Below are positions 1 through 10,389 of a stretch of 64,000 nt of DNA, piece by piece (within the stretch, counting starts at the first letter, position 1; the number at the start of each line of letters is the position of its first letter). The position numbers and the translations under genes are program-made. The stretch lies in assembly GCA_963845565.1 (NCBI GenBank), contig CAWJSJ010000005.1:224001-288000 (forward strand), written 5' to 3'. The stretch is from an uncultured Methylomirabilota bacterium (lineage in GTDB: Bacteria; Methylomirabilota; Methylomirabilia; Methylomirabilales; 2-02-FULL-66-22). The notes below the pieces were generated by a model that was not told where the DNA came from, ran no database searches, and saw nothing but the letters and a program-made list of their open reading frames with translations.

Positions 1-788
1 TGTCCATCGCGTCGGTCGCCGTGGAGCTGGCGCGCAAGATTTTTGGCGATCTCACAGGGCGAACCGTCTTAATCCTCGGGGCGGGCGAGATGGCAGAGCT
101 GGCGCTGCGCCACCTGATGGACGACGGGGTGCGCTCGATCCTGGTGGCCAACCGCAGCCACGAGCGCGCGGTGGCCCTGGCAGAGCAGTTCCACGGCAAG
201 GCGGTGACGTTTGACACCTTTCACCGCGAGATGGTGGAGGCGGACATCGTGATCAGCTCCACCAGCGCCCCGCATCTGATCCTGAAGAAGGAGGAGGTGC
301 AGGCGATCATTTCGGAGCGGCGCCACCGGCCGATCTTCCTGATCGATATCGCCAATCCCCGGGACATCGACCCCGGCTGCAACGAGGTGGACAACGTCTA
401 CCTGTACAACATCGACGACCTGCAATCGGTGGTCGCCAGCAACTTGCAGGAGCGGCAGCGAGAGGCCGAGCGCGCCGAGGTCATCGTCGACCGCGAAGTC
501 GGCGTCTTCCAGGCGTGGCTCCGCGGGCTCGATGTGGTTCCGACGATCGTCTCGCTCCGGAACCGGGTAGAGGAGATCCGGACGGCCGAGCTCCAGAAAG
601 CCATGGTGCGCCTGGGAGACCTCACGGCGGAACAGCGGGAGGCCATCACGTCGATGACCACGGCCATGATCAACAAAATCCTGCACCAGCCGATGAGCGA
701 GCTCCGGCGGCACGCCGTTCACCAGGACGGCCACCTCTACTCCACGATCCTGCGGCGGCTGTTCGGCCTGGAAGAGAAGGAGCGGTGA
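1..788 (+). CDS. hemA: Glutamyl-tRNA reductase (5' part outside window)
   Basis: GAGEMA NADPH motif, ANRS, DIANPRDID, C-terminal KILHQP; directly upstream of hemC. Confidence 0.95.
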   Translation, partial: SIASVAVELARKIFGDLTGRTVLILGAGEMAELALRHLMDDGVRSILVANRSHERAVALAEQFHGKAVTFDTFHREMVEADIVISSTSAPHLILKKEEVQAIISERRHRPIFLIDIANPRDIDPGCNEVDNVYLYNIDDLQSVVASNLQERQREAERAEVIVDREVGVFQAWLRGLDVVPTIVSLRNRVEEIRTAELQKAMVRLGDLTAEQREAITSMTTAMINKILHQPMSELRRHAVHQDGHLYSTILRRLFGLEEKER

Positions 789-1888
789 CACTGAGAGCCG
801 AGAGCCGAGAGCCGAGAGCCGAGGATGAAGCGCGGGGAGCCGCGAGCCGCGAGCCGGGATTCGGAGAGACCGACCTGCGACCACTCGTCATCGGGACACG
901 CGGGTCGCGGCTCGCGGTGTGGCAGGCGGAGCACGTTGCGTCGCGGCTGCGGGCGGCCTTTCCGACCATCGCGCTCCGACTGGAGCGCATCCGGACGATG
1001 GGGGACAAGATCTTGGACGTCCCGCTGGCGCAGGTCGGCGGCAAGGCGCTCTTCGTCAAGGAGATCGAAGAGGCGCTGCTGGCCGGCCAGGTGGATCTCG
1101 CGGTCCACAGCATGAAGGATGTCCCGACCGATCTCCCTCCGGGCCTCACCATTGCTGCCATCCCCCGGCGCGAGGATGCCGCCGACGTTCTGATATCCCG
1201 GCGGGGCGCGCGGTTGGCGGATCTGCCCCGCGGCGCGCGGGTCGGGACCAGTAGCCTGCGGCGCCAGGCGCAGCTCCTCCATATCCGGCCGGACCTTGCC
1301 ATCGTGAGTTTGCGCGGGAATCTCGACACGCGGATCCGGAAGTTGTCCGACGAAGGGCTCGATGCCATCGTCCTGGCGGCGGCGGGAGTCGCGCGGCTGG
1401 GGCTCGCGCACGTGGTGACGGAGGTGCTGTCGCCGGAGGTGTTCTTACCGGCCATCGGTCAGGGAGCCTTGGGGATCGAGGTGCGAGAGCCGGGGGGCGA
1501 GAGCCGAGAGCCGAGAGCGGAGAACAGAGAGCCACGAGCCACGAGCCACGAGCCACGAGTTGAGAGCCGAGCGGCGAGGGTCGCGGAGATGGTGAAAGCT
1601 CTCGACGATCGGGAGACGCACGTGGCGGTGCGAGCGGAACGGGCGATGCTCAAACGCCTCGGCGGCGGGTGCCAGGTACCCATCGCGGCGTGGGCGACTG
1701 TGGAGGCGGACGCCATCTTGCTGCGCGGACTCATCGCCGCCACCGATGGCGTGACCGTGATTCGAGGGGAAGCGCGGGGAACGGTCGGCGAGCCGGAGAC
1801 GGTCGGGCGCGACCTGGCGGAAGATCTGCTCCAGCGGGGTGGGCAGGCGGTTCTCGAAACCATTCTCGGAGGGCGTCTCGGTGCGTGA
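785..1888 (+). CDS. hemC: Hydroxymethylbilane synthase with repeat-derived insertions
   Basis: IGTRGSRLA, GKALFVKEIE, AVHSMKDVP, GTSSLRR, RGNLDTR, GGGCQVP; GTG start overlaps hemA stop. Confidence 0.95.
   Translation: MTLRAESREPRAEDEARGAASREPGFGETDLRPLVIGTRGSRLAVWQAEHVASRLRAAFPTIALRLERIRTMGDKILDVPLAQVGGKALFVKEIEEALLAGQVDLAVHSMKDVPTDLPPGLTIAAIPRREDAADVLISRRGARLADLPRGARVGTSSLRRQAQLLHIRPDLAIVSLRGNLDTRIRKLSDEGLDAIVLAAAGVARLGLAHVVTEVLSPEVFLPAIGQGALGIEVREPGGESREPRAENREPRATSHEPRVESRAARVAEMVKALDDRETHVAVRAERAMLKRLGGGCQVPIAAWATVEADAILLRGLIAATDGVTVIRGEARGTVGEPETVGRDLAEDLLQRGGQAVLETILGGRLGA
793..855 (+). repeat. Heptamer tandem array at hemC 5' end
   Basis: GAGAGCC x4 at 793-820; GGGAGCC-GCGAGCC-GCGAGCC at 835-855. 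Confidence 0.9.
1485..1568 (+). repeat. Twelve-unit heptamer array inserted in frame in hemC
   Basis: GAGAGCC/ACGAGCC variants, 12 x 7 = 84 nt, after GQGALGIEVR. Confidence 0.9.
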
Positions 1889-3422
1889 GGGTGCGGGGAA
1901 GGTTTACTTGATCGGCGCCGGACCGGGAGATCCGGGTCTCTTCACGGTGAAGGGGGTCCGCTGCCTTGAGAAGGCAGACGTCGTCCTGTACGACGCCCTG
2001 GCCAATTCCCGCCTGCTCACGCATGTCAAGCCGGGCGCGGAGCTCATCTACGTGGGAAAGCGAGGCGGGCAGCACGCCCTGCGGCAGGACGAGATTGGGC
2101 GCCTTCTGGTGGAACGGGCGGGCGCGGGAAAGGTCGTCGCCCGGCTGAAGGGGGGCGATCCGTTCATCTTCGGGCGGGGAGGCGAGGAGGCAGAGGAGCT
2201 GGTAACCGCCGGCATTCCCTTCGAGGTCGTGCCGGGCGTCACCTCAGCCGTTGCGGCGCCCGCCTACGCCGGCATCCCGCTCACCCACCGGGATTTCACC
2301 TCGACGGTGGCGTTCGTCACCGGGCACGAGGACCCGACCAAGGAAGACACGAGCATTGCGTGGGACAAGATTGCCACCGGAGTCGGGACGCTGGTCTTCT
2401 TCATGGGCGTTGGCCGGTTGCCCGAGATCGTGCGGCAGTTGGTGGATCATGGGCGGGCGCCGGAGACTCCCGCCGCCGTCATCCGCTGGGGGACCAGGGC
2501 AGACCAGGTCGTGGTGACGGGAACGCTGGCGACCCTGGTGGAGCGCGCCGGCGGAATCAAGCCGCCCGCGCTGATCGTGGTGGGGGAGGTCGTTCGGCTC
2601 CGCGAAAAACTTCACTGGTTCGAGGATGCGCCGCTCTTTGGGAAACGAATCCTGGTCACGCGGGCGCGCGAGCAAGCCAGTGTCCTTACCCAGCGACTGG
2701 AGGCGGCCGGGGCCGAGGTTGTTGAGTTCCCCACCATCCAGATCGCGCCGCCGGAGACCTGGGAGCCGCTGGACGCCGCGATCGCCCGACTGCGCGAGTA
2801 CCAATGGGCGATCTTTACGAGCGCAAACGGCGTGCGGTTCTTCTGGGATCGGTTGCAGCACGTTGGACGAGACGCCCGCGACCTCTTCGGGATCATGGTC
2901 TGCGCCATCGGTCCGGCCACCGCGGCGGCGCTCTGCGAACGAGGGGTGCGGGCGGACGTCGTCCCGGACGAGTTCAAGGCGGAAGGGCTGGTGGATGCGG
3001 TCGCGGGGCGGCTGCAACCCGGTGCGCGGGTCCTCTTGGCGCGGGCCGCCGAGGCGCGCGAGGTGCTGCCCGAGGAATTGATTCGCCGGGGAGCCTTGGT
3101 GGACGTCGTGTCCGCCTACCGAACGATCAAGGCTGTGTCAAATGCCGATGAGGTGCGTGGGTTACTCCAGGAAGGCAAGATCCACGCCGTCACGTTCACC
3201 AGTTCGTCCACCGTCAAGCACTTCCTCGACCTGGTGGGGAGCGACGGCGGGGTACTTCTGCGGGATGTGGTGGTCGCCAGCATCGGCCCGATCACGGAAG
3301 AAACGGCGGCCCGGCAGGGGATTGTCAGCCACGTTGTGCCGGAAAGCTACACCATCCCCGCCCTCGCGGACGCCCTGGTCCGCCATCTTCAGGCGACTCG
3401 ACCGACCTCCGGTCCAGAATAG
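1881..3422 (+). CDS. cobA-hemD: Uroporphyrinogen-III C-methyltransferase / uroporphyrinogen-III synthase fusion
   Basis: VYLIGAGPGDPGL, RLKGGDPFIFGRGGEE, then PLFGKRILVTR, FTSANGV, FTSSSTV, SIGPIT. Confidence 0.93.
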   Translation: MREGAGKVYLIGAGPGDPGLFTVKGVRCLEKADVVLYDALANSRLLTHVKPGAELIYVGKRGGQHALRQDEIGRLLVERAGAGKVVARLKGGDPFIFGRGGEEAEELVTAGIPFEVVPGVTSAVAAPAYAGIPLTHRDFTSTVAFVTGHEDPTKEDTSIAWDKIATGVGTLVFFMGVGRLPEIVRQLVDHGRAPETPAAVIRWGTRADQVVVTGTLATLVERAGGIKPPALIVVGEVVRLREKLHWFEDAPLFGKRILVTRAREQASVLTQRLEAAGAEVVEFPTIQIAPPETWEPLDAAIARLREYQWAIFTSANGVRFFWDRLQHVGRDARDLFGIMVCAIGPATAAALCERGVRADVVPDEFKAEGLVDAVAGRLQPGARVLLARAAEAREVLPEELIRRGALVDVVSAYRTIKAVSNADEVRGLLQEGKIHAVTFTSSSTVKHFLDLVGSDGGVLLRDVVVASIGPITEETAARQGIVSHVVPESYTIPALADALVRHLQATRPTSGPE

Positions 3423-3447
3423 GCAGCCCTGTTCCGGCCCTTTTCCC

Positions 3448-3477
3448 TTGACAACTGCTCGATTTTACAGTTACTTT
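3448..3477 (+). promoter_or_regulatory. Putative sigma70 promoter of the glycan locus
   Basis: TTGACA-N18-TACTTT in the intergenic gap. Confidence 0.6.
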
Positions 3478-3601
3478 CCGCCTTGGCGGGATGCCTGTTC
3501 CGGTGCTGCGGAAATTTCCCAGCACCGTTTTTCATTTCTGGAACACGGCCTGCATCAGCACGTTGGGTCAATCGACGGTCCGAGTTCACGGAGAAGGACG
3601 C

Positions 3602-4726
3602 ATGGCCGTTCCAGTGCTGGATCTCAAGGCGCAATATGCAGGAATCCGCGGCAAGATCGATGCGGCAGTGCATGCCGTCCTGGAGAGCGGTCATTTCGTC
3701 CTCGGCCCCAACGTCGCGGCGCTGGAAGAAGAGTTGAGGGGGTTTCTCGGGGTCGCCAGGGCGGTGACCATGGCCTCGGGGACCGATGCCTTGCACCTGG
3801 GCCTTCGTGCCGTCGGGGTGACCGCGCACGACCTCGTCATCGTCCCGTCGTTTACCTTCGTAGCCACGGCGACCGCCGTCTCCTACATCGGGGCGCGGCC
3901 CGTCTTTGCAGATATCCAGCCCGGGACGTTCAACCTGGACCCGGTTCAGGTGGAGGCCTGCCTGTCCCGGAGAGGGCCCGGCCCGCAGCCTGCGGGGCGG
4001 TTCAAGGCCCTCATCCCGGTTCACCTGTACGGCCAGCCCGCCGACATGCAGCCGCTCATCGCCACCGCACGCGCCCAAGGCGTCGCGGTGGTGGAGGATG
4101 CGGCGCAGGCCATCGGCGCAACGTACCGGGGGAAACGGGTCGGAGGGCTGGGCGATGTGGGCTGCTTCAGCTTCTACCCCACCAAGAACCTGGGGGCGAT
4201 GGGGGATGGCGGGCTGGCCACCACGCAGGACCCGGCGCTCGGGGATCACTTGCTCCGCCTCCGCGTGTACGGGGGGCGCCAGCGATACCTGCACGACGAG
4301 TTGGGATTCAATAGCCGGCTGGATGAGATCCAGGCGGCGGTCCTGCGGGTGAAGCTGGGCTGCCTGGCCGAGTGGACCGAACGGCGGCGGACGATCGCCG
4401 CCCGGTACCGGGCGGGCCTGACCGATTCCGGCGTCGTGGTGCCGTCGGAGCGGCCCGACGCGACCCACGTCTATCATCAATTCGCAATCCGCGTCCCCAA
4501 CCGGGACGCCGTCCAGCGACGCATGGCGGAGCGGGAGGTGCACACGGCGATCTACTACCCTCTCCCGCTTCACTTGCAGCCGATGTATCGCGACCTCGGC
4601 TACCGGCCCGGGGATTTCCCCGAAGCGGAGCGGGCGGCGAGAGAGGTCTTGTGCCTCCCCATGTATCCGGAACTCACCGATGCGCAGGTCGACGAGGTGA
4701 TCGAAGCCGTCCGGCGGTCCCTGTGA
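3602..4726 (+). CDS. DegT/DnrJ/EryC1/StrS sugar aminotransferase
   Basis: SGTDAL, PVHLYGQ, EDAAQAIG, FSFYPTKNLG, NSRLDEIQAA; purine-rich RBS before ATG 3602. Confidence 0.92.
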   Translation: MAVPVLDLKAQYAGIRGKIDAAVHAVLESGHFVLGPNVAALEEELRGFLGVARAVTMASGTDALHLGLRAVGVTAHDLVIVPSFTFVATATAVSYIGARPVFADIQPGTFNLDPVQVEACLSRRGPGPQPAGRFKALIPVHLYGQPADMQPLIATARAQGVAVVEDAAQAIGATYRGKRVGGLGDVGCFSFYPTKNLGAMGDGGLATTQDPALGDHLLRLRVYGGRQRYLHDELGFNSRLDEIQAAVLRVKLGCLAEWTERRRTIAARYRAGLTDSGVVVPSERPDATHVYHQFAIRVPNRDAVQRRMAEREVHTAIYYPLPLHLQPMYRDLGYRPGDFPEAERAAREVLCLPMYPELTDAQVDEVIEAVRRSL

Positions 4727-4742
4727 GGGCGGAAGGGGCGCC

Positions 4743-5787
4743 ATGCACGACGTGTTGAGGCAGATCACGGGCACGCTCCTCGTGACGGGCGGCATGGGGT
4801 TCATCGGGTCCAACTTCGTCCGACACATTCTGCGCGAGCATCCCACCGCCCGTGTGGTGAACCTGGACAAGGTGACCTACGCCGGAAATCCCCGCAATCT
4901 GGCAGACATTGCCGGCGATGCCCGCTACACCTTCGTGCAGGCGGACATCTGCGACGCGGAGGCGGTGGCCGGGGCGCTGGCCACGCATCGGCCCGATCAG
5001 ATCGTCCACTGTGCCGCCGAGACCCACGTGGACCGTTCCATCCTTGGAGCGGGGGACTTTGTCCGGACCAACGTGGAAGGCACCCGAGTGCTCCTCGATG
5101 CCGCCCGAGCCGCCGGCGTGCGGCGGTTTCTGCACGTGTCCACCGACGAGGTCTACGGGTCGCTGGGATCCACCGGGGCGTTCACGGAGGCGTCGCCGCT
5201 CCAGCCGAACAGCCCGTACGCCGCCAGCAAGACCGGGGCGGACGTCCTGGCCAGGGCCTATTTCGTCACCTACGGCCTGCCGGTCATCATCACGCGGACG
5301 TGCAACAATTACGGCCCATATCAATTCCCCGAGAAGTTCATCCCGCTGATGGTCGTGAACGCCATGCGCGAGGAACCGCTGCCCATTTACGGAGACGGGC
5401 TCTACGTTCGGGAGTGGCTGCACGTCGAGGACCACTGCCGCGCGCTGGCGGCCGTCCTGGCGGCGGGCCAGCCCGGCGAGGTGTATAACATCGGAAGCGG
5501 TGAGGAGCGGGCGAATCTGGAGGTGGCCCGGGAGATCCTCCGCCTCACCGGGCGGCCCGAGACACTTCTCACCCATGTAACGGACCGCCCCGGACACGAC
5601 CGGCGGTACGCTCTGGACCATTCCAAGATCCGCCGGGAGATCGAATGGGCTCCGGCCATCGCCTTCAGCGCCGGTCTCCGGCACGTCGTGGAGTGGTATC
5701 GTCGGCATGAAGCCTGGTGGCAGCGAGATCCTCTCCGGGGAGTACCGGGCGTATTACCGTCTTCAGTACGGCGAGCGCATCGCATGA
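4743..5787 (+). CDS. rfbB: dTDP-glucose 4,6-dehydratase (apparent +1 frameshift near 5722)
   Basis: TGGMGFIGSN, AAETHVDRSI, STDEVYG, YAASK, DRPGHDRRY; typical ending ILSGEYRAYYRLQYGERIA* lies in the +1 frame. Confidence 0.88.
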
Positions 5788-6999
5788 ACGAGCCGACACG
5801 GTTGGCGAGCGAGACGGACGCCCCGGCGCTGCTCGGAGGTCGGCCGGTGCGGGAGCGCATGTTGCCCTACGGCCGGCAGCAGGTGGACGAGTCGGACATC
5901 CGGGCGGTCGTCGAGACTCTGCGAGGCGACTGGCTGACGAATGGTCCCGGGGTGGTTCGGTTCGAGGAGGCCTTCGCGGCACAGGTGGGTGCGCGGTGTG
6001 CCGTTGCCCTCTCCTCCGGCACGGCGGCGCTGCACGCGGCGGCACACGTCGCGGGTCTGGGCCCCGGCGACGAGGTGATCCTCAGCCCGCTCACCTTCCT
6101 GGCGACAGCCAATTGCATCGTGTATTGCGGCGCGACGCCGGTCTTCGCGGACATCGATCCGGCGACGCTGAACCTCGACCCAGACCAGGTTGAGAACAAG
6201 CTGTCCCCACGCACCAAGGCCATCCTGCCGGTGCATTTTGCCGGACTGCCGTGCGAGGTGGACCGCCTGCACGCCGCCGCCCGGGCGGGGGGGTTGCGAA
6301 TCATCGAAGACGCCGCCCACGCATTGGGGGCGGAATGGCGCGGCCGACGCATCGGCAGCCTGGCCGACCTCACCGCGTTCAGTTTCCATCCGGTCAAGCA
6401 CATCACCGCGGGCGAAGGTGGGATGGTGACGACCGATGAGCCCGCCCTCGCCGAAAAGCTGCGCCGGTTCCGCAACCACGGGATCGAGCGTCAGGTGCGA
6501 GATCGGCAAGACACCTGGCGACAGGACATGGTGACTCTTGGTTTCAATTACCGGCTGAGCGATATCCACAGCGCCCTGGGGTTGAGCCAGCTCGGACGAC
6601 TGGAGGCAGGTCTGCGCCGCCGCGAGGCCATCGCAGCCCGGTACGAGGCCGCCTTTGTGGGGATGCCGGAGGTCCTGACCGGCCCCGCGGAAACCGGGGA
6701 CACGGCACGCCTGGCACCTCTATCCTCTGCGGCTTCACCTGGATCGCCTGCGGGAGGATCGCGAGGCGATGTTCCGCGCGCTGCGGGCGGAGAACATCGG
6801 CGCAAGCGTCCATTACTTGCCGGTGCACCTCCACCCATTCTACCGGGAGCGGTTCGGCACCGGGCGCGGCCTTTGCCCCGCGGCGGAGGACGCCGCGGAC
6901 CGTCTCCTCACGTTGCCGCTGTTTCCCCAGATGACCGACGCAGATGTCGCAGACGTGATCGAGGCGCTGGCGAAGGTGATCCGGTGGGCACGGAGATGA
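5784..6999 (+). CDS. PseC-like sugar aminotransferase (apparent +1 frameshift at 6678-6703)
   Basis: LPYGRQ, SSGTAALH, EDAAHALG, FSFHPVKHIT, GFNYRLSD; HAWHLY...VHYLPVH...LTLPLFP continues in the +1 frame. Confidence 0.85.
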
Positions 7000-7910
7000 C
7001 GCGTGCCAGGCGCGTCGCGCCATCGCCGGGCGGCGCGCCCGGCTCGGCAGAAGCTGAGAGGCGGCCCATGAGGGAACGGCAATCCTCCACAATCCGGGTC
7101 TTCACGCCCAGGCCGCCCATCCGGCTGGCTGCCTCGGTTCGGGAAATCTGGACCTTCCGAGAACTCCTCTGGCAGCTCGCCGGACGAGAAGTTCGGATCC
7201 GCTACAAGCAAGCGCTCCTCGGCGCCGCCTGGGCGCTGCTACAGCCCCTTTCGCTGATGATCGTCTTCACCGTCTTCTTTTCGAGATTCCTGAACGTCCC
7301 GAGCGACGGCGTGCCCTATCCTCTTTTCGCCTACTGCGCGCTCCTGCCGTGGGGCTTTTTTGCCAGCTCTCTGTCCTCTTCCATTACCAGCCTGACCGGC
7401 AACGTCCATCTCGTCACCAAGGTCTATTTTCCGAGGGAGATTCTGCCGCTGGCGTCGATCCTGGCGGCGGGGGTGGATTTCGGGGTCGCCACGCTCCTGT
7501 TCGTTGGATTGCTGGCCTTCTACCGCGTGCCGGCGACGAGCACCCTTCTTTTCGCGCCTCTGATACTCGTTGTTCAGCTTATTCTGACCATCGGCCTCGG
7601 TTTGCTCTTTTCCGCCGTGAATGTCTCGTACCGGGATGTTCGGCACGCCGTGCCGCTCCTGATCCAGGTGTGGATGTTCGCCACACCCATTATCTATCCC
7701 ATCGGAGTCATTCCGGAGCGGTTCCGGAGTCTGGTGTTCTTCCTGAACCCGATGGCGGGAATCATCGACAGCTATCGATCCGTCACGCTGCGCGGACTCC
7801 CGCCCGACATTCAGGCTCTGGGGTCTGCGGCTCTCGTTTCCGCGATCGTCGCCTGCGCCTCCTATGTCTACTTCAAGAGGACGGAGCCGGTCTTTGCCGA
7901 CATCATCTGA
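6996..7910 (+). CDS. wzm: Polysaccharide ABC exporter permease (alternative start 7068)
   Basis: RYKQALLGAAWALLQP, KVYFPRE, YRDVRH, TPIIYP, LNPM, FADII end. Confidence 0.9.
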   Translation: MTRARRVAPSPGGAPGSAEAERRPMRERQSSTIRVFTPRPPIRLAASVREIWTFRELLWQLAGREVRIRYKQALLGAAWALLQPLSLMIVFTVFFSRFLNVPSDGVPYPLFAYCALLPWGFFASSLSSSITSLTGNVHLVTKVYFPREILPLASILAAGVDFGVATLLFVGLLAFYRVPATSTLLFAPLILVVQLILTIGLGLLFSAVNVSYRDVRHAVPLLIQVWMFATPIIYPIGVIPERFRSLVFFLNPMAGIIDSYRSVTLRGLPPDIQALGSAALVSAIVACASYVYFKRTEPVFADII

Positions 7911-7911
7911 G

Positions 7912-9159
7912 ATGACCAGCATTGCCTTCGAGGGTGTGTGGAAAGAGTACCCTCGTGGCGGGGGTCGTCGCTCTCTCCGGGAAGAGCTGACCTCCCTGTT
8001 TCGGACGTCGCCTCAGGTCGGCCAGTCGAGGTTTTGGGCGCTCAACGACATCAGTTTCGAGGCGAAACGGGGCGAAGCCGTCGGCCTCATCGGTCCCAAC
8101 GGCGCAGGCAAGACGACCATCCTGAGACTCTTGGCGGGGGTGACCAGACCCACGCGGGGGCGGATCGAGGTCAAAGGCAAAGTCGCGTCGCTGATCGAGC
8201 TGGGGGCGGGCTTCCACCCCGAGTTGACTGGTCGGGAGAATGCGTACCTGAACGGGGCCGTCCTGGGGCTCACCCGACGGGAGGTGCGTCGGAAACTCGA
8301 TGACATCGTGGAATTCGCAGAACTGGCGGATGCGATCGATGTTCCTGTCAAGCGGTACTCCTCGGGTATGTACGTTCGCCTGGGTTTCGCCGTTGCCGCC
8401 CACGCAGATGCCGACATCCTTTTGATGGATGAGGTGCTTTCGGTCGGGGATGCCCGGTTCCAGCAACGGAGCCTGCGGAAGATGCGGGCACTGGTGGAGC
8501 AAGGGGTCACCGTCGTCCTGGTCTCTCACAATCTGTCAACCATCGGGCTCTTTTGCCAAGAAGCGCTCTGCCTGAGCAGCGGGAAGATCACCGCCCGCGG
8601 TGACGCGACAGCGGTCATCAGCGCCTACGTCAACCAATACAGCAGTCTTGAGGCCGACCAGACGGCGGCAATCCCGCACGCCGGAGCCGACCCGGTCGTG
8701 TTTCAGCGGGTGCGGCTCTTCAATCGGCGGCAAGAGGAGACGCACGTCTTTCGGTACCGAGACGATCTGTGCCTCCGGATTCACTACCGATGCGAGGGGA
8801 GCCTTCCCTCCCCGGCGTTCACGCTCACGATCCGAGGACCCGAGGGACGGATCTTCCAGGCCAGCATGCTGTTGGATGGGAAGCGGCCCGGTGTGATTGA
8901 GGGGGCCGGGGCGATCGAGTGCCTCTTTCGGGATCTGCCCCTGGTGCCGGGATCCTACCACGTGGTGGGATCGGTGAGAGGCGAGGACGGCCTCAGCTAT
9001 ACGATGCATCCACAGGTCGTGGCCAGGTTCTCGGTCGAAGGCGATCCAGATGCGTACGGTTGGGAGGACCCGCGCGCGACGGCGTTCCTTCCGGAGGCCG
9101 CACCCGTCGTCATCCCGTACGAGTGGCGGGTTGTCGCGTCTCCCGAGGCGTGCGGCTGA
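7912..9159 (+). CDS. wzt: Polysaccharide ABC exporter ATPase with C-terminal domain
   Basis: GPNGAGKTT, GAGFHPELTGREN, YSSGM, DEVLSVGD; ~170 aa C-terminal extension. Confidence 0.92.
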   Translation: MTSIAFEGVWKEYPRGGGRRSLREELTSLFRTSPQVGQSRFWALNDISFEAKRGEAVGLIGPNGAGKTTILRLLAGVTRPTRGRIEVKGKVASLIELGAGFHPELTGRENAYLNGAVLGLTRREVRRKLDDIVEFAELADAIDVPVKRYSSGMYVRLGFAVAAHADADILLMDEVLSVGDARFQQRSLRKMRALVEQGVTVVLVSHNLSTIGLFCQEALCLSSGKITARGDATAVISAYVNQYSSLEADQTAAIPHAGADPVVFQRVRLFNRRQEETHVFRYRDDLCLRIHYRCEGSLPSPAFTLTIRGPEGRIFQASMLLDGKRPGVIEGAGAIECLFRDLPLVPGSYHVVGSVRGEDGLSYTMHPQVVARFSVEGDPDAYGWEDPRATAFLPEAAPVVIPYEWRVVASPEACG

Positions 9160-10376
9160 TGCGGACGGGCCGACCCGCAGACAAGTGGGCTCCGGTGGAG
9201 CCGCCGGTTTCCCTTCCGTGCAAGGGTTTGGCCGTAGACGACGAGGAGATGGCTCGGCGGATCGCCGGCGACCTCCAAAGCGTCCTGGACGCCATTCACC
9301 GCACCGGGACGGACATCGACGCGGTCCTGCTGAGCGGCAGTCTGGGACGGAGCGAGGCGACCACCGTGCGGCGCCGGGAAGGAGTGCAACTCCTCAGCGA
9401 TTACGATCTTTTCATCGTGACCGATGCCGTCTCCGACTTCGGATTCTTCCGGCGGCTCGAGACGCCGCTGGCGGGACAACTGTGGGGCTCCCACGCCAGC
9501 CTTGGCCTCCTCTCTACCTCCGGCCTGCCGGCGATCCCGGCGAGCGTTTGGAGTTACGACGTCAGGTACGGCTCAAGGATTCTCGAGGGAGATCCCGCTA
9601 CACTGGACCGCATGCCCTCCTATTCCCCGACCGACATCCCCATCTGGGAGGGGCTCAAGCTCGCCTTCAACTATTCGGGCGTGCTCCTGGCCGCGCTGGA
9701 GGCCGCGGATCCCGAGCCCGGCCATCCTCCTGCGGACCCCACTGAACTGCGCTCCTCCCTCGTGCGACTCGCGTATCGCCTGGGGGACCTGTTGATCCTG
9801 CTGGAGGGACGATACCACCACCTGCTCTCCAGGCGGCGGGCGCTCTTGCCGACCGTGCGCGCCTTCGAAGAGTTGGATGAGGCGGACCGGCGTTTGATCG
9901 TTTGGGGATACGAGGAGAAGCTGCGACCGCAGGCCTTCTGGACGTTCGATCCGGACGAGACGATGACCCGGCTCTTCCCGCTGACGGAGGAACTTCTCCG
10001 GCATTCCCTCCGGCATTACCTGGGCTGCGCGGAACCGGAGTTGCCCGTATTGCTCGCCGAATATCGGCGCGGCTTTCCGGCCTCCCCTCCCGCGCGTTCC
10101 AGCCTGCGCCAGTTCGGCGCGCGGCTCTTCGGACGACGCGGGTCCGATCGCCGCGAACTCGCAGGCTCCGTCGATCGGTTTCATTACATCCTGTCCGTCG
10201 TCCCGCTGGCACTCCTGGCTTCCTCGGGTATTCCCAACAGTGCTCTCTACCGTGAGGAAGTCCGTCGCCTCATCGGGGGGGTGGCCTGCGCCGGGTCGGC
10301 GCGCGGCGCCTCGGACGCGAGCTGGCGAGCCGTCCGGGCGGAGGTCCTGCGACTCTGGAAAGCCGTCTGCCTGTAG
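9159..10376 (+). CDS. Pol-beta-superfamily nucleotidyltransferase-like protein
   Basis: AVLLSGSLGRSE...SDYDLFIV (GS + DxD) followed by a helical region. Confidence 0.6.
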   Translation: MRTGRPADKWAPVEPPVSLPCKGLAVDDEEMARRIAGDLQSVLDAIHRTGTDIDAVLLSGSLGRSEATTVRRREGVQLLSDYDLFIVTDAVSDFGFFRRLETPLAGQLWGSHASLGLLSTSGLPAIPASVWSYDVRYGSRILEGDPATLDRMPSYSPTDIPIWEGLKLAFNYSGVLLAALEAADPEPGHPPADPTELRSSLVRLAYRLGDLLILLEGRYHHLLSRRRALLPTVRAFEELDEADRRLIVWGYEEKLRPQAFWTFDPDETMTRLFPLTEELLRHSLRHYLGCAEPELPVLLAEYRRGFPASPPARSSLRQFGARLFGRRGSDRRELAGSVDRFHYILSVVPLALLASSGIPNSALYREEVRRLIGGVACAGSARGASDASWRAVRAEVLRLWKAVCL

Positions 10377-10389
10377 GGGGTCGCCAATC

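Noticed and set aside
793..1568. Repeats as a CRISPR array
   Set aside because: 7-bp tandem units without spacers; no cas genes
4743..7910. 1055-aa ORF as a genuine fusion protein
   Set aside because: Conserved C-termini are in another frame and the linkers are off-frame sequence
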